DNA of 64,000 nt from a virus (IMGVR_UViG_3300037466_003456:57682-121681); one strand, 5' to 3'. Shown: positions 46,914 through 56,041, counted from the first letter of the stretch. Program-made: numbers and translations. Notes: generated by a model not told the origin, from the sequence alone.

Positions 46914-48191
46914 TTAGGCTTCTTTTTCTTCACTACCTTCCAATTTGAATATGCCCATAGTATCTTCTTCGCCATTCATCACTAAAGCCGTGCCTTCTCC
47001 ACCTGGCATCAGTTGTCTTATTGCGTTAAGCATATTCCTTAACTTCCTTTCATGACGGTATGGATTATACGCAAACCAAGGAGCGTATAATACACGTTGG
47101 ATTTTGTTCAACTTCATAGCCAACGGGTCTTCAACACTTCCTTCTGCAAATAGTGTGTAATTGGAATAAGGAAGGAGGTATGTTCCGCATCCTACTTCTG
47201 GCTCGTAAAACTCCATCATTTTCAATTCCTCAGGGTCTTTACCTTCCATCTCTTTTTTAAGGTCTATAACAATCTGATTAAAGTCAGGGACTTCGGCTGC
47301 TACATCCCGTTCTTCTTGTACATCTTTTGAATTAAATTCCACTAACAGCCACGTCATATAATCATGAGGAAACTTGATTAATAAATCAAAAGCGAGGGTT
47401 CGATACCAACGTTCGTTCACTTCCATCGGAATGTCAGGATGTTGCTCCGTTGCATCCATTGCCCATAGAATCCATTCTGCAAAATCATCTAACGTGCAGC
47501 CATATCGTATTCCGTAGTTCACGCAATCGCTTAACATCGCTTGAACGTTACGGATGATACTCTGATCCGTGCACCAGGAAAGTTGAGGAATCGGGCCGGC
47601 TTCTTCAATGGTGTATACCTCATCTAAAATATGATGCCACCAGTCATAACGACCCCAGAACAAGTATTCGCAAGAAAAGATATAAGGCATCATCCATCCT
47701 TTCTTTTCAAACGTTTCGGAATGATTCCTTGGAACGCCTCCCATTTTAGTAGCATAGAAAATTTGGCGGTGCATGGAACCTTCAATTCTTTCTCTCGAAA
47801 ATCCAGATAGGTCAAGCAAATGAGGATGACGTTCTACTGAGAGATTTTTCAATCCCTTCTTCTTTCCCTCCTCATATTCCACCATCAAATTTTTGCAGAC
47901 AGGATATGTGATCGTGGCTGCCATTACTTTTTCGACAGCTGCCATTCCATGCTTTTCTATCAGTATATTTAATTCCTGTTCATATCTGTCTATTTGATAC
48001 TGACTCACTTCCTTACCTGCTTTTACATCATCCTGCATGGTTTTAGCAATATATATACAACGCGCTATCGCAAGTTCTTCGGAATTCGTTATTTCTTTCA
48101 ACTTCTCAATACGTTTATCCATTTGCTGCTTAATAATGGAAGTGCCCATTAAATTTTTATTCTTTTTAATCTTCTTAATTCCCTTACCCAA
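46914..48191 (-). CDS. Degenerate N6-methyltransferase-like protein, paralogue A
   Basis: WGRYDWW, GPIPQ, PHDYMT, FYEPEVGCGTYLLPYSNY...DPLAMKLNKI...LYAPW (motif-I-like); no NPPY. Confidence 0.5.
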   Translation of the reverse strand: MGKGIKKIKKNKNLMGTSIIKQQMDKRIEKLKEITNSEELAIARCIYIAKTMQDDVKAGKEVSQYQIDRYEQELNILIEKHGMAAVEKVMAATITYPVCKNLMVEYEEGKKKGLKNLSVERHPHLLDLSGFSRERIEGSMHRQIFYATKMGGVPRNHSETFEKKGWMMPYIFSCEYLFWGRYDWWHHILDEVYTIEEAGPIPQLSWCTDQSIIRNVQAMLSDCVNYGIRYGCTLDDFAEWILWAMDATEQHPDIPMEVNERWYRTLAFDLLIKFPHDYMTWLLVEFNSKDVQEERDVAAEVPDFNQIVIDLKKEMEGKDPEELKMMEFYEPEVGCGTYLLPYSNYTLFAEGSVEDPLAMKLNKIQRVLYAPWFAYNPYRHERKLRNMLNAIRQLMPGGEGTALVMNGEEDTMGIFKLEGSEEKEA

Positions 48192-48259
48192 ATGTAACAG
48201 CTCCTTTAAATTTGTTTTATAAAATAAAAAAAGCGTAAGATCACATATGTGTTCTTACG

Positions 48260-49492
48260 CTATTCTTGTAACATCATTTCCTCAATCAATCGTTGGTCCT
48301 CAATCGTAATAAATTGGGGCTTACCATTTGATTTATCTAACATAATCAGTCGAGGTGTATCGTCAATCGAACCGTCATTGATGAACAACTGCGCCACCAG
48401 CTCTTTTATATCCATTGGTTTCCATCTTTCTAACGACTTGTCACGAAATGGATTATGCGCATACCAAGGAGCATACAGTGTCATATTGATTTTATTCAGC
48501 TTCATAGCAAGGGGATCAGCGACACCTCCACCTGCAAAGAATGTGTAGTTCGAGTAAGGTAATAGTGCAGCGCCGCATCCAACCTCCTCCTCGTAAATCT
48601 CAATCTTTTTCAGTCTTTCAGCATTCTTACCGGATAAATCATCTTCGACTTTCTGTAGGTAAACTTTGAAATCTACCATTTCCAAAGAAACGTTCCTTTC
48701 TTCTTCCACATCTCTGGAATACCATTCAATCAAGAGTGGTGTCATATAATCATAAGGGTATCGGATCATGGAATCATAATCGAAATTTTTCAACCAATAG
48801 ATATTTACTTCCGATGGTATATCCGGATGCTTTGATGCAGCACCACCGAATCCCCATAAAATCCAGTCGGCAAAGTCATCAAGCGTACATCCATATCTAA
48901 TTCCATAATTCACGCAATCCCTTATACTAGCTTGAATAGTGCGTAAGATGAGTGGATCGGTACACCACATAATTTGTGGGATTGGGCCACTTTTCTCAAT
49001 GCCGCTTCGCATCACTCCCATCCAGTATTCCCAACGTCCCCAATGGAGCCATTCACTAGCAAGAACTGGTGCAAACAAATGGCCTGCCTTCTCATAAGTT
49101 TCCTCATGTTTTTCTAATGCGACGCTCCCCTTAATTAAAGAATTATAGAATACATGTCGTCTCGCCCAACCTCTAAATTGTTCATGTGTAAATCCTTCAA
49201 CCGATAATAAATGCCCATGTCTTTCCCATTTATCATTTCGTTCTCCCTTGGTACGACGTTCTTGAACATATTCACAGAAGTCTTCCCAATGACGGCTAAT
49301 AATGATATCTGCCATCGTAGTCAGGATAGGTTCGGGGATCCTATCTAAGTGCCACCGAAGAATATATTCGCTTTTAATCGTCTTGAACTTTTCAATGTCC
49401 TGGTGAATCATCATTAATGTAGTCTCTTTCTCTTGGATCTTCCTTAGTTCCTGTTCTTTTCGTTCCTTTTTCAATCTTGCTCCTTTTCCCAT
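48260..49492 (-). CDS. Degenerate N6-methyltransferase-like protein, paralogue B
   Basis: Shares long identical blocks with paralogue A (CVNYGIRYGCTLDDFA, EVGCG, LLPYSNYT, DPLAMKLNKI, LYAPW). Confidence 0.5.
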   Translation of the reverse strand: MGKGARLKKERKEQELRKIQEKETTLMMIHQDIEKFKTIKSEYILRWHLDRIPEPILTTMADIIISRHWEDFCEYVQERRTKGERNDKWERHGHLLSVEGFTHEQFRGWARRHVFYNSLIKGSVALEKHEETYEKAGHLFAPVLASEWLHWGRWEYWMGVMRSGIEKSGPIPQIMWCTDPLILRTIQASIRDCVNYGIRYGCTLDDFADWILWGFGGAASKHPDIPSEVNIYWLKNFDYDSMIRYPYDYMTPLLIEWYSRDVEEERNVSLEMVDFKVYLQKVEDDLSGKNAERLKKIEIYEEEVGCGAALLPYSNYTFFAGGGVADPLAMKLNKINMTLYAPWYAHNPFRDKSLERWKPMDIKELVAQLFINDGSIDDTPRLIMLDKSNGKPQFITIEDQRLIEEMMLQE

Positions 49493-49573
49493 CAATAAAC
49501 AGCTCCTTTTCATATTTTTATATATAAAAAAAGCGCAAGCACATGATAAGTGCTTACGCTTTTGTTTTAGTGT

Positions 49574-49885
49574 TTATAAGTGATTAAAAACCAGGTTCAT
49601 TAAACTTAATGCATCTGAATCGGAAGTATTCACTAAAAACTCAGGTATTGTTCGGATACCCATGACATATTGTTGCTCGATTGAACGAACAACATATTCA
49701 AACCAATAAAAAGAAACAGCTTCACTAAGCGGGCTTTGTTCAAATTCCCAACCTTTTAGTTCTGAACGATTGAATCCAATATCCCTTTTTATTTCCACAT
49801 AAAACGTTTGATTCCCAGTTAAATACCATCTTACTACTACATGACCGATTTTTTTTGTTTGCCCGTTGATTGATTGAGTCTCCAT
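49574..49885 (-). CDS. Hypothetical protein at the aimX position
   Basis: First ORF downstream of aimP and the long hairpin; AGGGG RBS. Confidence 0.55.
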   Translation of the reverse strand: METQSINGQTKKIGHVVVRWYLTGNQTFYVEIKRDIGFNRSELKGWEFEQSPLSEAVSFYWFEYVVRSIEQQYVMGIRTIPEFLVNTSDSDALSLMNLVFNHL

Positions 49886-49935
49886 GAGTGTTTTCCCCCT
49901 ACAAAGCCATGATGTTATCTATTTATATATTGTTA

Positions 49936-49995
49936 GTTTTTACCAAAAGTTCTGTTTTTGCTTATTTGAGCAAAAACAGAATTTTTGGTAAAAAC
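49936..49995. repeat. 27-bp near-perfect inverted repeat downstream of aimP
   Basis: GTTTTTACCAAAAGTTCTGTTTTTGCT-tatttg-AGCAAAAACAGAATTTTTGGTAAAAAC (one mismatch). Confidence 0.85.
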
Positions 49996-50123
49996 AGCGA
50001 ATGACACCGCCAAAAAGAACGATGTCATTCAAAGAAAAATATAAAATTATAAATCTTACTTTTCTTCAACTTTCTTATAACAGAAAATTGCAAAATTATT
50101 ACTGTTTATTAAATCCCCTTTTT

Positions 50124-50303
50124 TTACCAACCACCTGGATCTCCATAAGTTGTCATTGTGGTATCTGCGCTTACCAAATTGATTGCAGAATCATTTTCCA
50201 AACTAGCTACTTCATTTTCAACTGCCTTCGGAGCGTTAAATAAAAGCAATCCAGCGATAATAATGACTGGGATAATTAAAAATAATTTTCTCATCTTTTT
50301 CAC
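50124..50303 (-). CDS. aimP: Arbitrium-type signalling pro-peptide (59 aa)
   Basis: Manual translation MKKMRKLFLIIPVIIIAGLLLFNAPKAVENEVASLENDSAINLVSADTTMTTYGDPGGW*; GGAGGTG RBS, signal peptide, DPGG-type C-terminus; directly after aimR; below the ORF-track size cutoff. Confidence 0.85.
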   Translation of the reverse strand: MKKMRKLFLIIPVIIIAGLLLFNAPKAVENEVASLENDSAINLVSADTTMTTYGDPGGW

Positions 50304-50339
50304 TATAGCTCACCTCCCCTAAAAATAATAGCGCTTTTT

Positions 50340-51482
50340 TTACAAAATCCCCAAATATTTCTTTGGCAAATGGGAGTAAAAAATATTTCCAGAATCCTCA
50401 AATTTTTGAAGAGATTTTTTTATAATTTCTTCCTTGTTTTGAGCCAGTCCTAGATAAAACGTTTGAATGTCGCTTAATTCATTGTTTGATTCGTTCAACT
50501 CATTTAAAATATCCACCGCTTCATCGTGCTTATTTCGTTTGATTTTTAAATAAGCAATTTCGGCAGGGTGAATATCCAGCTCATCTAAAGAATCTAATTC
50601 TATTCCATGATGGATTTTTAAAAAAGCCAGTGTATATTCAGTGATTTTCCGCTTTCGAGTCATTCCTAAAGAATCATGGTTATCCAAAAACGAAACAGCT
50701 TTTTCTAAAAACCTTTTTGATGTTTCGTAATCTTCGAATAAGTAAGATTCTCCCATTTTAAAAAGTGCTGTGGCATATGGCACTTTAATGATTGGTTCGT
50801 TTTCGAAAATATCAAAAATTTCATTACACAACTGTCTGGATTCCTGGATGTTTCCTCGCTGTAACGAAATGACACACGTCGCTTCCTTAAGCCTGATTTG
50901 CAACGATTCCTTAATGTATTTGTTGGATATTTTCTTTATTTCTTTGTCCAAATTTTTAAGATGGAGGGCGACTAAAACATAATTACCGGTTTGGTATAAA
51001 GACTGTATCGACATTAGTTCTAGTAGAATTTTCATTTCTAATGTTTTTACAGTTTTCATCTTATCACTAAGTGCATTCAAGTAATATTGTGTGTCAACCG
51101 GTTCTGTGAATCTTTTATGAATCAAATCAAATATATAAGCCCATTCTCTATTTTCAGGTGTAGCTGACTCTTTTTCAGCATCAATGATCACTTTTAATAA
51201 ATCAAATCTACCCAATTGATAGGCCAATTCTAATGCTTCTCTTCGATTTTCGGGCTTTGCTTGATTTAAATAACTAAAGAATAGCTCAACTTTTTTATTG
51301 ACCGAATAATTCCGATTGAGTTGGATCAACGTTTTAACAAAAAAAGAACAGCTCATTTCTCTTTTTAATTTAAATACTTCCGAAACACCGCTTGGGCTAA
51401 TCCCCCAAATTTTAGCTAATTCTTTTTGTTTGATGCCTATAGAGGCAAGATCGTTACGAAGTTTGGACAATAGTACCTCCAT
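50340..51482 (-). CDS. aimR: AimR-family arbitrium receptor (HTH + TPR)
   Basis: N-terminal HTH; ALELAYQLGRF, NREWAYIFDLIHKR, EMKILLEL...TGNY, GESYLFEDYE, FYLGL...FEDSGNIFYSHLP parallel the SPbeta AimR; 380 aa. Confidence 0.88.
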   Translation of the reverse strand: MEVLLSKLRNDLASIGIKQKELAKIWGISPSGVSEVFKLKREMSCSFFVKTLIQLNRNYSVNKKVELFFSYLNQAKPENRREALELAYQLGRFDLLKVIIDAEKESATPENREWAYIFDLIHKRFTEPVDTQYYLNALSDKMKTVKTLEMKILLELMSIQSLYQTGNYVLVALHLKNLDKEIKKISNKYIKESLQIRLKEATCVISLQRGNIQESRQLCNEIFDIFENEPIIKVPYATALFKMGESYLFEDYETSKRFLEKAVSFLDNHDSLGMTRKRKITEYTLAFLKIHHGIELDSLDELDIHPAEIAYLKIKRNKHDEAVDILNELNESNNELSDIQTFYLGLAQNKEEIIKKSLQKFEDSGNIFYSHLPKKYLGIL

Positions 51483-51588
51483 AGTACCTCCATGATCCCC
51501 CTCCTACATAAATATCGAAACTTCCCCCCAATTTATCAAACATTTTAACTTTACTACCAAAACGGTAACCAAAATGGTAGGTATGGGT

Positions 51589-52083
51589 TTAAAATTTGCC
51601 GCCTTTTTCCAGCGACTTCTTAATAATACTATTTGCATCAATTCCAGCGTGTTTTAAATTAAGGAGGAATAGTTCTCGAGCTCTCTCTCTTTTATACCCG
51701 TAATTTTTCTTGGCTTTCCAAAACCTCGGATCTTTGATTCCAAACTCATTTGTTTCTTTCTCCCATGAAATGATGTCTATCTCGACAAGATTTTGCAACT
51801 CATTCGACGCTTTGTGCGCCTGAACCCCACAGGTCTCAAAATCCCTTAATAATGGGATTACACACGTATTTTTACCGAAGTTATAACTTAAACCGATTAT
51901 GAAAGTCAGAATCGCCCGTTGGCGTTTCGTAAAATCATATTTCATTATTTCAGAATGAATATATAACTCTCTCAAAAAAAAAGTCTTATCAGTGGAGGTG
52001 TGTTCGATTAATGCATCGACTAAATCGGAATAAACTTGAGATGTGTTTGCATAGTCCTCTTTTATATTGCTGTACCAAGGCAA
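51589..52083 (-). CDS. Phage replication protein O-like winged-helix protein, paralogue 1
   Basis: DFTKRQRAILTFIIGLSYNFGK...IP...DFETCG...ELQNLVEIDIISW. Confidence 0.6.
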   Translation of the reverse strand: MPWYSNIKEDYANTSQVYSDLVDALIEHTSTDKTFFLRELYIHSEIMKYDFTKRQRAILTFIIGLSYNFGKNTCVIPLLRDFETCGVQAHKASNELQNLVEIDIISWEKETNEFGIKDPRFWKAKKNYGYKRERARELFLLNLKHAGIDANSIIKKSLEKGGKF

Positions 52084-52150
52084 TACATCCCCTCCAAACT
52101 TTGGCTAGTTATTTCAAGTTCACATTTTATAAACTAAAAAATAAAAAAAA

Positions 52151-52630
52151 TCATTTTTTCTTATTCAGTTCCTGTAAATACTCTAAATTCTCTACGAACA
52201 GTTCATAAGCCCTGTTTTCCGAATAATTATCGTGGTAAGGAGCTTTCCAAAAAACAATGTCATTAATTGAAAAAATGTTTCTGTCTGCTTCTCTTATCCA
52301 GGTAATGACACCCATCTTTTCTAACTTTCTGAGTTCCGCGGCGACCAATGTCTTGCTAATTCCTGCCAGTTGAAAATCCATCAATTTTGGTATGACGCAG
52401 CTATCTTTCCCATACGTAAAGCAAAACATGCCAATCATTTGAATGATTTTCAACTGTCTTTTCGTTAAATCTCTTCGTATCGTTTCCACACCAACCATAA
52501 GCTCTTTCATCGTTATTTCTTTTGAACGATTAAGACAGATATTAATAAAGGAATCGTAGAAACCTGATTCATACCTTTGCTTTGTGTTTTCAGAAATAGA
52601 GGGCATTATTGCACTCGGCCTAATTGACAT
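52151..52630 (-). CDS. Phage replication protein O-like winged-helix protein, paralogue 2
   Basis: DLTKRQLKIIQMIGMFCFTYGK...IPKLMDFQLAG...ELRKLEKMGVITW. Confidence 0.6.
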   Translation of the reverse strand: MSIRPSAIMPSISENTKQRYESGFYDSFINICLNRSKEITMKELMVGVETIRRDLTKRQLKIIQMIGMFCFTYGKDSCVIPKLMDFQLAGISKTLVAAELRKLEKMGVITWIREADRNIFSINDIVFWKAPYHDNYSENRAYELFVENLEYLQELNKKK

Positions 52631-52731
52631 AAATGCTTCCTCCGCTTTTCTTTATTATAGAATATTACTAAAACTCACTTGATAAATTATAATCAGAACG
52701 GGAGTAAATTACTATAAGACGATTTTCCTAT

Positions 52732-52953
52732 TCATGCCACTTCAAAATATGTAAGAATTTCTTCTGGTAGTTCGTAATTGACCGACACTCGTTTCAGTGC
52801 ATCCTCACCCGATATAGCAGCAGTCGCACCAACAATGACACCAATGTCCTGAAGCAATTTTAAATTAGTTCCAGTTTCATCTAAAAAAATAAAGGCTTCA
52901 TTCACAAAATCACTCTTCACAGCTATAATAAATGTCTTAAACATAGGCGTCAC
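52732..52953 (-). CDS. Hypothetical protein
   Basis: 73-aa ORF with GAGG RBS. Confidence 0.5.
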   Translation of the reverse strand: MTPMFKTFIIAVKSDFVNEAFIFLDETGTNLKLLQDIGVIVGATAAISGEDALKRVSVNYELPEEILTYFEVA

Positions 52954-53109
52954 CTCGTAATAATTGTTTGAATTTTCCTTCTAGGATCTATACTTAAATT
53001 ATACTGGAATCTATGAAAAGAGTAATAAGACCTTAGTCCTACTTTTAGGGAATTTTGTCGACAATGTTTTGTCGAATTTTCGATTTTTATAAAAAAATAA
53101 AAAATTAAA

Positions 53110-53139
53110 AAGGGGATGCTCTTGAAAGAGCATCCCCTT
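53110..53139 (-). terminator. Intrinsic terminator
   Basis: AAGGGGATGCTCT-tgaa-AGAGCATCCCCTT, 13-bp stem with T-tract on the minus strand. Confidence 0.75.
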
Positions 53140-53142
53140 ATA

Positions 53143-53295
53143 TCACGCTTGCAATGTTTTTCTGATCAATTCCATAACTCTATTTATGCCAAGCCTTTTC
53201 GAGTCTTCGTAGGTTAATTCTACTCCAGCCTCTTTTAGCTTTGATTCTAAAGATGTCATACTAACCATTACTATGTTTCCTTTCTGTTGGCTCAT
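53143..53295 (-). CDS. Small hypothetical protein (50 aa)
   Basis: Manual translation MSQQKGNIVMVSMTSLESKLKEAG...KTLQA*; sits directly before the terminator. Confidence 0.45.
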   Translation of the reverse strand: MSQQKGNIVMVSMTSLESKLKEAGVELTYEDSKRLGINRVMELIRKTLQA

Positions 53296-53442
53296 CTCCA
53301 ATCATCCCCCTAGATGATAAGTTCGCTATACTTACTTAGTTACCATTTTATATAAAAAATACAACTATATATATAGGTTTAAAGTCTTAATTGTTGCACA
53401 TGGGCAAAAAGTGAATTACAATATAGGAACGTGTGTTCTTTT

Positions 53443-53652
53443 TTATTCCTCTGATTTCCTCTGGAATTCTTGCCAATCTAGGTTTCTTTTTTTTAGTCTT
53501 TGCCACGTCTGTTCCTCCCTTTTTCGTTCTTCAATGATTCTTTTCTCCACTGTTGGTCTGATGAGTATCAGCAATTGTTTCTTTGTTTCTTTGGATGGCT
53601 GGCCGAAGTTTCCGATTTTATGAATTCCCATCTTGCTTTCCCTCCAACTCAT
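53443..53652 (-). CDS. Small basic hypothetical protein
   Basis: ORF track; start uncertain. Confidence 0.45.
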   Translation of the reverse strand: MSWRESKMGIHKIGNFGQPSKETKKQLLILIRPTVEKRIIEERKREEQTWQRLKKRNLDWQEFQRKSEE

Positions 53653-53845
53653 TCACAAACATTTGTCCGAGGATATGAAGCAGTTGCCGTTCATCGGCAA
53701 CCACTTCTTCATCCACACCATTTTCACTTTCGTCAATCTTCTGCTGAATAAATTTTGTAGGAGCTGATTCTTTCCCAAAAGTTTTTTCACACAATCCCAG
53801 CCAGTTTCCTAATGTGCTAGGGATTCCTAACGATAACATTTTCAT
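53618..53845 (-). CDS. Small hypothetical protein
   Basis: 75 aa, in a run of short co-oriented ORFs. Confidence 0.55.
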   Translation of the reverse strand: MKMLSLGIPSTLGNWLGLCEKTFGKESAPTKFIQQKIDESENGVDEEVVADERQLLHILGQMFVNELEGKQDGNS

Positions 53846-54042
53846 TTTTTTAACACTCCAACTCTAATTCTTCTGCACGATTTAAAATAGCAATCATAAC
53901 GTCCTGATCAAAAAGACAACGATCTAGCCTTTTTTTTGCATCCTGCTCGGTTAGGTCATAACGCTCGATAAGCATGTTTAATAATTGAGTATACCCCTCC
54001 ATTGCCTTTCCTCCTTAGTGGACAATTTGTTCGTATAGCGAC

Positions 54043-54240
54043 TTAGCTATCTGCTAATTTTCTCAACGCTTCGTGATTCTTTTGAATCGTTTGTTCAAGA
54101 AATTTATCTCTAATTCTTTGGTACTTTTCAGCCTGTTCAATAAGCCAGTCAATATCTTCTGTTAGAGTTGTAAGTTCCCAACCTTCACCTTTTCGAAATT
54201 CGTGATTAGCTTTTATTTCCTCTAATCGACTTTTCATCAT
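54043..54240 (-). CDS. Small hypothetical protein
   Basis: 65 aa, GGAGG RBS; DIDWLIEQAE motif typical of Bacillus phage small ORFs. Confidence 0.55.
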   Translation of the reverse strand: MMKSRLEEIKANHEFRKGEGWELTTLTEDIDWLIEQAEKYQRIRDKFLEQTIQKNHEALRKLADS

Positions 54241-54285
54241 CTTCCTCCTATATGTCGCAATTTTTGTCTATAGGACTCTTTTCTG

Positions 54286-54570
54286 TCAAAATGGCAGATT
54301 GCCATCAAGATGTTTCCGTTCTATTTCCCTTACCAGCTCGGTAATGTCCTGATCCCCATCAGCAATCACTTCTTCCAAGACAGCACGATAGGACATTTCC
54401 TTTTGAATCTGCTTCCAGAACTCATACGCCACTTGCTCTGGCTTTCTTCCCCTCAGTGGAAAAGAACCACGCTGCAGGATACGACTCGCTGCTACATAAT
54501 GGATTTGAATATTAACGTTCACGATAATACCTCCCCCAGAAACCATTCGGATTGTGCGGACTGTATTCAT
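54286..54570 (-). CDS. Conserved Bacillus-phage hypothetical protein
   Basis: QRGSFPLRGRKPEQVAYEFWKQI...DITELV...NLPF; start uncertain. Confidence 0.55.
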   Translation of the reverse strand: MNTVRTIRMVSGGGIIVNVNIQIHYVAASRILQRGSFPLRGRKPEQVAYEFWKQIQKEMSYRAVLEEVIADGDQDITELVREIERKHLDGNLPF

Positions 54571-54832
54571 GCTCGTGAATCCTTTTCTCGTCGCCTTCTT
54601 TGAATTCTTCTAGCCACTTCTCACCCAGTTCAAACAAAGGCATCGGGTTTCCATCGTCGATTCGGTACTCGAGATCACAGACTCCCAAAGTTCCTGTCAA
54701 ATACAATTGCACAATATAGCGCCCAAAGAGTTGTTTTTGCACATAACAAACAACTTCTCCTTTGACGCGTTGATAGTAGTTAAATTTCTTTGAGTAAAAC
54801 CATCCTGGTACTTCTGTGAATCCCCAAATCAT
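54512..54832 (-). CDS. Hypothetical protein
   Basis: 106-aa ORF overlapping its neighbours. Confidence 0.55.
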   Translation of the reverse strand: MIWGFTEVPGWFYSKKFNYYQRVKGEVVCYVQKQLFGRYIVQLYLTGTLGVCDLEYRIDDGNPMPLFELGEKWLEEFKEGDEKRIHEHEYSPHNPNGFWGRYYRER

Positions 54833-55176
54833 TCTTCTGTTTCCTCTCTACGTTGTTCTAGTTCTGCTAATTGAGCTTCGATGTCTGCCATATTAAAAAT
54901 TACATCAGGCTTTGAGTTCAAGATATCAGCAACCTTCTGAGCAACCTCTGGTTTTCTCGGAATATTCCCATTGAAGATCCACTTTTGAACAGTGCTATGG
55001 CTGACCCCTACCTTTTGCGCCATTTCAGCCGTTGTAATTTTTTCTGTGAACATGAGTCCATAGAGATACCGATTCACGACAATTCTTTTGGTTGGTTCAC
55101 GGAACTTTTTCAATTTGTACCCTGGCTTTTTGTGTTTTCGTAATTCAGCGAAATTATCTTCTGTCACTATCGTCAC
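54829..55176 (-). CDS. XRE/Cro-type HTH regulator
   Basis: ITTAEMAQKVGVSHSTVQKWIFNGNIP...KVADIL. Confidence 0.8.
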   Translation of the reverse strand: MTIVTEDNFAELRKHKKPGYKLKKFREPTKRIVVNRYLYGLMFTEKITTAEMAQKVGVSHSTVQKWIFNGNIPRKPEVAQKVADILNSKPDVIFNMADIEAQLAELEQRREETEE

Positions 55177-55255
55177 CTCATAAAACGAGTATAGCTCGTT
55201 TATTCATCACCTTACCTTTATTATATGTTTCGTGGAACTCGAATATCAAGTTTTT

Positions 55256-55849
55256 TTACATTAAAATGGTAATATCATAAATTTCCTTTTGACCGTTTAG
55301 CAAAGATTCCACATTTTTTTCAGCTAAGTAGGTGCCAAGCAACGCTTTTTTTGCTGTTAACATCATCATCAGAGGTGGTGTATCACCCATAAACATTCCG
55401 CCTGTTTTAAACACAAATTTCCCTAAGACATCACTAAAGCTCATGTATTTGTCTTCCCAAAGATGGACTTCTTTCTCCGTTATATCTATGCCTTTCAAAA
55501 TATTTTCGATGTAGAAATTATCCAGCTTATACATATCATCCAAGTTAAAGTTTTCTTCTAAAATGAACGCAAAACTCTCTGTATCTAATTCAGAGAAGAA
55601 CCACAATTCATTTTCATATATGTGTAAGTCATATTTTCTTAATTCATCAAATAAATTAAGCCTTTCATCAATGTCGTAGTCTGCTAACTTTGTATACAAA
55701 TAACGATTTATAGATAACTGAGAAACAAACGATTTCCCAGCTTCGACAATCCCTCTTTGTTCTTCAATAGCATTATTTACATCCTCTACAACAACTTTAG
55801 GCATTAATGAAATTAACATATCTTTATTCATGAATAAATCACTCCTCAT
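55256..55849 (-). CDS. Hypothetical protein
   Basis: 197-aa acidic ORF. Confidence 0.6.
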   Translation of the reverse strand: MRSDLFMNKDMLISLMPKVVVEDVNNAIEEQRGIVEAGKSFVSQLSINRYLYTKLADYDIDERLNLFDELRKYDLHIYENELWFFSELDTESFAFILEENFNLDDMYKLDNFYIENILKGIDITEKEVHLWEDKYMSFSDVLGKFVFKTGGMFMGDTPPLMMMLTAKKALLGTYLAEKNVESLLNGQKEIYDITILM

Positions 55850-55876
55850 AATTTTTAATAAATAAAAAAAGGGAGA

Positions 55877-56041
55877 TTATTCTCCCTTTACTGGCTCTAT
55901 ATATATGGCTTCTACTGTATGAGAATACTCGAATAGTTCACCTTCGCAGACAGGGCAGCACTTTGGCACATCGTCTTTTTCCACAGCAAAACAGTGAGGT
56001 GTATCTTCTTCACAATTGTAGACATCCATCAATAATTTCAT
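55877..56041 (-). CDS. Small Cys-rich (zinc-ribbon-like) protein, 54 aa
   Basis: Manual translation MKLLMDVYNCEEDTPHCFAV...KCCPVCEG...; GGAGG RBS; terminator follows. Confidence 0.55.
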   Translation of the reverse strand: MKLLMDVYNCEEDTPHCFAVEKDDVPKCCPVCEGELFEYSHTVEAIYIEPVKGE

